A DNA stretch of 32,000 bases from Fastidiosibacter lacustris (GTDB taxonomy: Bacteria > Pseudomonadota > Gammaproteobacteria > Francisellales > Francisellaceae): contig NZ_QLIR01000004.1 of NCBI RefSeq assembly GCF_003428155.1, positions 90,001 to 122,000 of the forward strand. Reading direction: 5' to 3'. Shown here in pieces: positions 27,843 through 32,000 of the stretch (position 1 is its first letter; each line of letters begins with the position of its first letter). The notes under the pieces were generated by a model. That model saw only the letters and a list, made by a program, of their open reading frames with translations. It was not told the DNA's origin and searched no databases. Made by a program: the position numbers and the translations under genes.

Positions 27843-28615
27843 TCTATGTTAAACGTTGGTATTTAAACAATTCGCTGAGAAATTATAATTATTCGTTGGT
27901 AAATGATGTCAGTCAAACAGCTTTAATTATTGATCCTACTTTGGTTGATCATTTTGTTCAATTTTGTGAACAAAATGCACTTAAACCAGAGGCGATTTTA
28001 TTGACACATGAACATGGTGATCACGTTGGCGCTGCTGTTTCTTTGAAAGAAAAATATCAGCTTCCAATTTATGCCCATTTCTATGAGTTTAGGGGAGCTC
28101 GGGTTGATTATGTTATAACAGACGGTGAAAACTTAAGCTTTTCAACCGCAGACTGCACGGTGATGGCATGTCCTGGGCATACGGCATCACACGTAAGTTT
28201 TTATGTTCAGGAACAAGGGCTTTTGTTTTGTGGTGATACGATTTTTACAGCGGGGGTAGGGAATCTAAAAGATAGTACAGCTGATGTGAATGCGCTTTAT
28301 GAGAGTATTTTGCGCTTGGTGAGTTTACCAGGTTTAGTGAAGCTTTATCCAGCACACGATTATTTTGAAAATAATTTGTTATTTGCTCAAAGTATTGATG
28401 CTCATGATCAAGCATTTCAAATCTGGTATAAAAAAGTAAAGGATGTTCCAGCTGAAGACAAGCCGATCACCAGTATTCAAGATGAAAAATCGATGAATAT
28501 CTTTTTGCGTACGCATGAACCCAATTTACAGCATATTTTACAGCGATCTAATAGAAAAGTGATAGATGCTAAATCAGCTTTTTGTGAATTAAGGGCACGT
28601 AAAGATGTCTTCTGA
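27839..28615 (+). CDS. gloB: Hydroxyacylglutathione hydrolase (glyoxalase II), MBL fold
   Basis: THEHGDHVGA (HxHxDH), CPGHTASH, YPAHDY, and MNIFLR resembling the GloB NPFLR motif. Confidence 0.8.
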   Translation: MIYVKRWYLNNSLRNYNYSLVNDVSQTALIIDPTLVDHFVQFCEQNALKPEAILLTHEHGDHVGAAVSLKEKYQLPIYAHFYEFRGARVDYVITDGENLSFSTADCTVMACPGHTASHVSFYVQEQGLLFCGDTIFTAGVGNLKDSTADVNALYESILRLVSLPGLVKLYPAHDYFENNLLFAQSIDAHDQAFQIWYKKVKDVPAEDKPITSIQDEKSMNIFLRTHEPNLQHILQRSNRKVIDAKSAFCELRARKDVF

Positions 28616-29378
28616 TTACTATCCGTTATCGGATTTACTTCATGTCATGCAGGTGATGCGTGATGAAGAAAAAGGATGTGCTTGGACAAGGTCACAAACT
28701 TGGTATTCATTAACGGAACACACCTTAGAAGAAGCATATGAATTGGTCGATGCGATTGAGCACAAAAATGCAATTGACGTTAAATACGAGCTTGCTGATC
28801 TATTAAATCAAGTAATTTTTTATGCCCAAATTGCGAAAGAGCAAAAACTATTTGATTTTAATGATATCGTTCATGTTTTAACGGATAAACTCATTCGACG
28901 TCATCCGGATGTTTTTGGCGATGGTCAAATACGAGAAATTGAACTATTGGAAAAACAATGGCAACAAATCAAGCAAAAAGAGCGTGGTGAGCGCCAAAGT
29001 GAACTTGATGAGATTGCACTTAACTTACCTGCGTTAAGTATGGCAAAAAAATTACAGATGAGAGCTTCAGCTGTAGGTTTTGACTGGGATAATATTGAGG
29101 ATGTCTTTGATAAACTGGTCAGTGAAGTCAATGAACTTAAACAAGTACTAAAAGTAGATGAAAAAAAAGCACAAGAAGAATTGGGAGATTTAATGTTTAG
29201 TTGTGTAAATTTAGCACGCCATTTAAAAGCAGATCCCGAAATGCTTTTGCGTGGGGCAAATAAAAAATTCGAACGGCGTTTTCGCGGTATTGAAATTGCT
29301 TTAAAAGAAAAAAAACGCCATATACGTGATGTAAGTCTTGATGAGTTAAATGCACTGTGGGAAGCTCAAAAAAAGTGA
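28605..29378 (+). CDS. mazG: Nucleoside triphosphate pyrophosphohydrolase MazG
   Basis: Tandem MazG domains: CAWTRSQTWYSLTEHTLEEAYELVDAIE and LGDLMFSCVNLARHL...ANKKFERRF. Confidence 0.9.
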   Translation: MSSDYYPLSDLLHVMQVMRDEEKGCAWTRSQTWYSLTEHTLEEAYELVDAIEHKNAIDVKYELADLLNQVIFYAQIAKEQKLFDFNDIVHVLTDKLIRRHPDVFGDGQIREIELLEKQWQQIKQKERGERQSELDEIALNLPALSMAKKLQMRASAVGFDWDNIEDVFDKLVSEVNELKQVLKVDEKKAQEELGDLMFSCVNLARHLKADPEMLLRGANKKFERRFRGIEIALKEKKRHIRDVSLDELNALWEAQKK

Positions 29379-29391
29379 TAAGTAGCAGATA

Positions 29392-30876
29392 ATGAAGAAT
29401 ATTAATTATTTCACTTTTTTAAACAATCGACTGTCAATTCAGAAATTTTTGAGTATTTGTCTTATTTTATTGATTACTTGTTCAATCTTTATTTTAGGGA
29501 TTTTCAATTATTATAAAATGCGTCAACAAAATGAAGATTTGTTTAAAATGCAGATGGTTAATAGTGCGAATGCAATTGATGCTTTGTTATCTGCAGCAGT
29601 AAAAGATAGTTCTAAGCGTCAACTTAGTGATTTGTTGAAATCTAATTCATTGACCATGCTTGATAACATCGCTGATAACCTAAAGCCAAAAGTTGCGCAA
29701 TTTGATAATGTTTATCAAGACTCATTTGCTTTTCAAGTTTATGATCGACGCAATGGTAATCTATTGTTGCATTCTACTGGCTCGCCAGAGATGTCAACTT
29801 TTCAAAAAGGTACATTAGATACTTTTCAAACCATGAACTTAAAAACAGCAAAAGGTATGCAAGCATGGAATATGTTTAGTATCAATAGTCGTTACCAACC
29901 TTATCGTATTGTGGTTTTGGTGAGCTCTGACTTCAAGCATCAGATGTTTTTAAATCTATTTCGTAGTGCGATATGGGATTTAGTTATCTTGTACGTATTT
30001 TTATTGTTTTCGATATTTGTTATTGTGCAATTAGCCTTGCGTCCACTATCGGATATTCGTCGTGCTATTGCGGTAAAAGATCCACGTAAACCGGAACCCA
30101 TTGCCATTAAAACTGCACCACCTGAAGTGCTACCACTTTTAAATCAGCTGAATACTTTGTTTCAAAAAATTAGCAAGGTACTAGACCGTGAAAAGCGCTT
30201 TGCTAGTGATGCTGCACATGAGCTTAAAACACCGCTTGCTGCACTTAAAACTCAGGCAGAAGTAGCTCTAAACTTAAATGATATAGATGAAATCAAAAAA
30301 AAGATTGCGAATATCATCAGTGGAGCAGATCGCTATTTTTATATTATTGATCAACTTTTAACCTTAAGTCGCTTAGAACCACAACAAGACTTACCCAATA
30401 AACAGCAAGTCAATGCAAATATTGTAGCTGAGAATCAACTAGCAGATTTAGCGTTGTTAGCGCTGCATAAAAACATTGATTTACAATTTATGCCAAGCAA
30501 AGAGTCTGCCTATGTTTTTGCTAGCGAAGCACTACTTGGTGTCCTTTTTCGAAACCTCATTGATAATGCAATTCGCTATACGCAAGCCTCAGGTAAGGTG
30601 ACCTTATATAGTTATGTCACTAAAGACACAGTGATTTTTGAAGTCGTCGATAATGGCATAGGTATAGCAGAAGATAAGCAAAAAAGGATTTTTGATCGAT
30701 TTTATCGAGAAGTCGGGACAGGTCAGGCTGGAAGTGGTTTAGGCTTATCAATTGCAAAGGAAATTGTGCGTTTACATGATGGTCAAATTAGTGCCCGCAC
30801 ATCAGAAGGTGGGCAGGGATTGACTCTAATGGTAAGCTTTCCTTATTGCAAGGTTACAACACTAATATCTACATAA
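29392..30876 (+). CDS. Two-component sensor histidine kinase (QseC/PmrB-like architecture)
   Basis: Two TM helices flank a periplasmic domain of about 150 aa. H-box is HELKTPLAAL, N-box is NLIDNAIRYT, and G-boxes are DNGIGI and GSGLGLSIAKEIV. Confidence 0.9.
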   Translation: MKNINYFTFLNNRLSIQKFLSICLILLITCSIFILGIFNYYKMRQQNEDLFKMQMVNSANAIDALLSAAVKDSSKRQLSDLLKSNSLTMLDNIADNLKPKVAQFDNVYQDSFAFQVYDRRNGNLLLHSTGSPEMSTFQKGTLDTFQTMNLKTAKGMQAWNMFSINSRYQPYRIVVLVSSDFKHQMFLNLFRSAIWDLVILYVFLLFSIFVIVQLALRPLSDIRRAIAVKDPRKPEPIAIKTAPPEVLPLLNQLNTLFQKISKVLDREKRFASDAAHELKTPLAALKTQAEVALNLNDIDEIKKKIANIISGADRYFYIIDQLLTLSRLEPQQDLPNKQQVNANIVAENQLADLALLALHKNIDLQFMPSKESAYVFASEALLGVLFRNLIDNAIRYTQASGKVTLYSYVTKDTVIFEVVDNGIGIAEDKQKRIFDRFYREVGTGQAGSGLGLSIAKEIVRLHDGQISARTSEGGQGLTLMVSFPYCKVTTLIST

Positions 30877-31009
30877 GGGCGAAGCGTTGGGCAAGTAGCA
30901 AGGGTCGCGTGTATGGGATGACGATAGACTTGGCTTAAGGTTGAAAGCACTTATTAATCAATGTTAGGATGGTTTTTATGAATCAGGATAGAAAAGAGAA
31001 ATAAGCACG

Positions 31010-32000
31010 ATGAAAAACACGAGTTTTAAGATTTGTGATGTTAATGTATCTCCTGGGGAAAAAGCAACTTTGGCACTCCCATTACCAGAGCAGTATTCCT
31101 GTTCCCCGATGTATATGCCAATAAAAGTGATCAATGGACAACAAAAAGGTGAGTGCTTGTTGGTGTTTGCGATGACAGATGGCAATGAGTTTAACGGTTT
31201 GGAAATCGTTAACCAGTTGTTTGATGATATATCAGCGAATGAAATAGCAGGAACACTCATTACCATTCCAGTATTAAACGTTTATGGTTTAGCGCATTTT
31301 CCTGAGTTCACACCAAATGGTATGAAGCTAAGTGACTGGTTTCCAGGAGATGAAAATGGTAATTTTGGTGAACGCATTGCACATGTATTCACTCATGAAA
31401 TACTAAAAAAAGTGAATTATTGTATAGAGCTGCAAACTGGCTCACTTAATCATGAAATTTTGCCGCAAGTATATTGTAATTTTGATAGTAAAGAAGCAAG
31501 AAAACTTGCTCGAGCTTTCCAAGCGCCCGTTATTACTGAAGTGGAAACAAAAATAAGTAGCCTAAGAATGACAGCAGAGAACCTAAACGTTCCAGTATTA
31601 GTATATGAAGCAGGTGAAGCCATGCGTTTTGATCAGCAAGCAATTCAAGTCGGTTTAGTGGGTGTGAAAAATGTTATGCGTACACTTAAAATGCTAGAGG
31701 GAGCAGTGAGTGAGAGTATTGCTTTAGTCTTCTCTAAGGATGATGATTGGATTATTTCCTCCTCATCTGGCGTGTTGCATAGCGATGTGTCTCTTGGTGA
31801 GTCGATTACAAAAGGAGAAAAAATTGGTAGACTGTCTGACCCATTTAGTAATGAAAATGCAACGATTATCAAATCCGACCTGGATGGTGTGATCGTTGGA
31901 ATTAACCGTTCACCTTTGATACAGGAAGGCACGTCTATTTTTAAAGTTGCATCTTTCGTCGACAATGAAAAAGCCAAAGCCATATTGGAAGAATGGCAGG
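31010..32000 (+). CDS. Succinylglutamate desuccinylase/aspartoacylase (AstE/AspA, M14-like) family protein, 3' partial
   Basis: The frame is open from ATG 31010 to the window edge, so it is absent from the ORF track because no stop is reached. The family layout is present: GEKATLALPLP, ...GNEFNGLEIV..., IPVLNVYG, IELQTG, and a C-terminal beta domain (GEKIGRLSDPF...DGVIVGIN). Confidence 0.72.
   Translation, partial: MKNTSFKICDVNVSPGEKATLALPLPEQYSCSPMYMPIKVINGQQKGECLLVFAMTDGNEFNGLEIVNQLFDDISANEIAGTLITIPVLNVYGLAHFPEFTPNGMKLSDWFPGDENGNFGERIAHVFTHEILKKVNYCIELQTGSLNHEILPQVYCNFDSKEARKLARAFQAPVITEVETKISSLRMTAENLNVPVLVYEAGEAMRFDQQAIQVGLVGVKNVMRTLKMLEGAVSESIALVFSKDDDWIISSSSGVLHSDVSLGESITKGEKIGRLSDPFSNENATIIKSDLDGVIVGINRSPLIQEGTSIFKVASFVDNEKAKAILEEWQ

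Noticed and set aside
30976-31983. Minus-strand ORFs 30976..31266 and 31645..31983
   Set aside because: The + strand frame from ATG 31010 is open to the window edge and has a clear AstE/AspA-family layout. The minus ORFs are its antisense shadows.

Overview
AT-rich gammaproteobacterial chromosomal segment. Gene content and order resemble Legionellales- or Thiotrichales-type aquatic or intracellular bacteria, but the taxon cannot be fixed from sequence alone. Core blocks are atpFHAGDC (51-5416), ssb (6624-7139), and a + strand run from 21408 to the window end: pcm-like methyltransferase, tolC, yqhA-like, sufE, hemD, hemX, hemY, gloB, mazG, a sensor histidine kinase with no response regulator adjacent in this window, and a partial AstE/AspA-family gene. 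An ACT-less aspartokinase-like gene lies on the minus strand at 5529-6350, next to a decayed Cys/Met-metabolism PLP-enzyme remnant. About 14 kb of accessory-looking DNA sits between ssb and pcm, with no integrase, transposase or tRNA. It has three parts. (i) A VanX/DdpX-type D-Ala-D-Ala dipeptidase, a SnoaL-like/LuxR-HTH regulator, a POT-like transporter and a SAM methyltransferase. (ii) A 2026-aa modular surface lipoprotein with PKD/Ig-like repeats, including a 309-bp tandem duplication with one mismatch, and two C-terminal [Ig-like + DUF1566/Lcl-C] modules; two secreted single-domain DUF1566 paralogues follow directly. (iii) A small toxin-antitoxin/nuclease islet: a YhcG-like PD-(D/E)XK protein, a decayed HigBA-like pair and an intact mazEF. 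The best candidate for an undescribed system is the four-copy DUF1566 (C-type-lectin-like) locus, an anchored multivalent protein plus soluble paralogues. No rRNA, tRNA, CRISPR array or mobile element was found. All homology calls come from by-eye motif recognition, not database searches.
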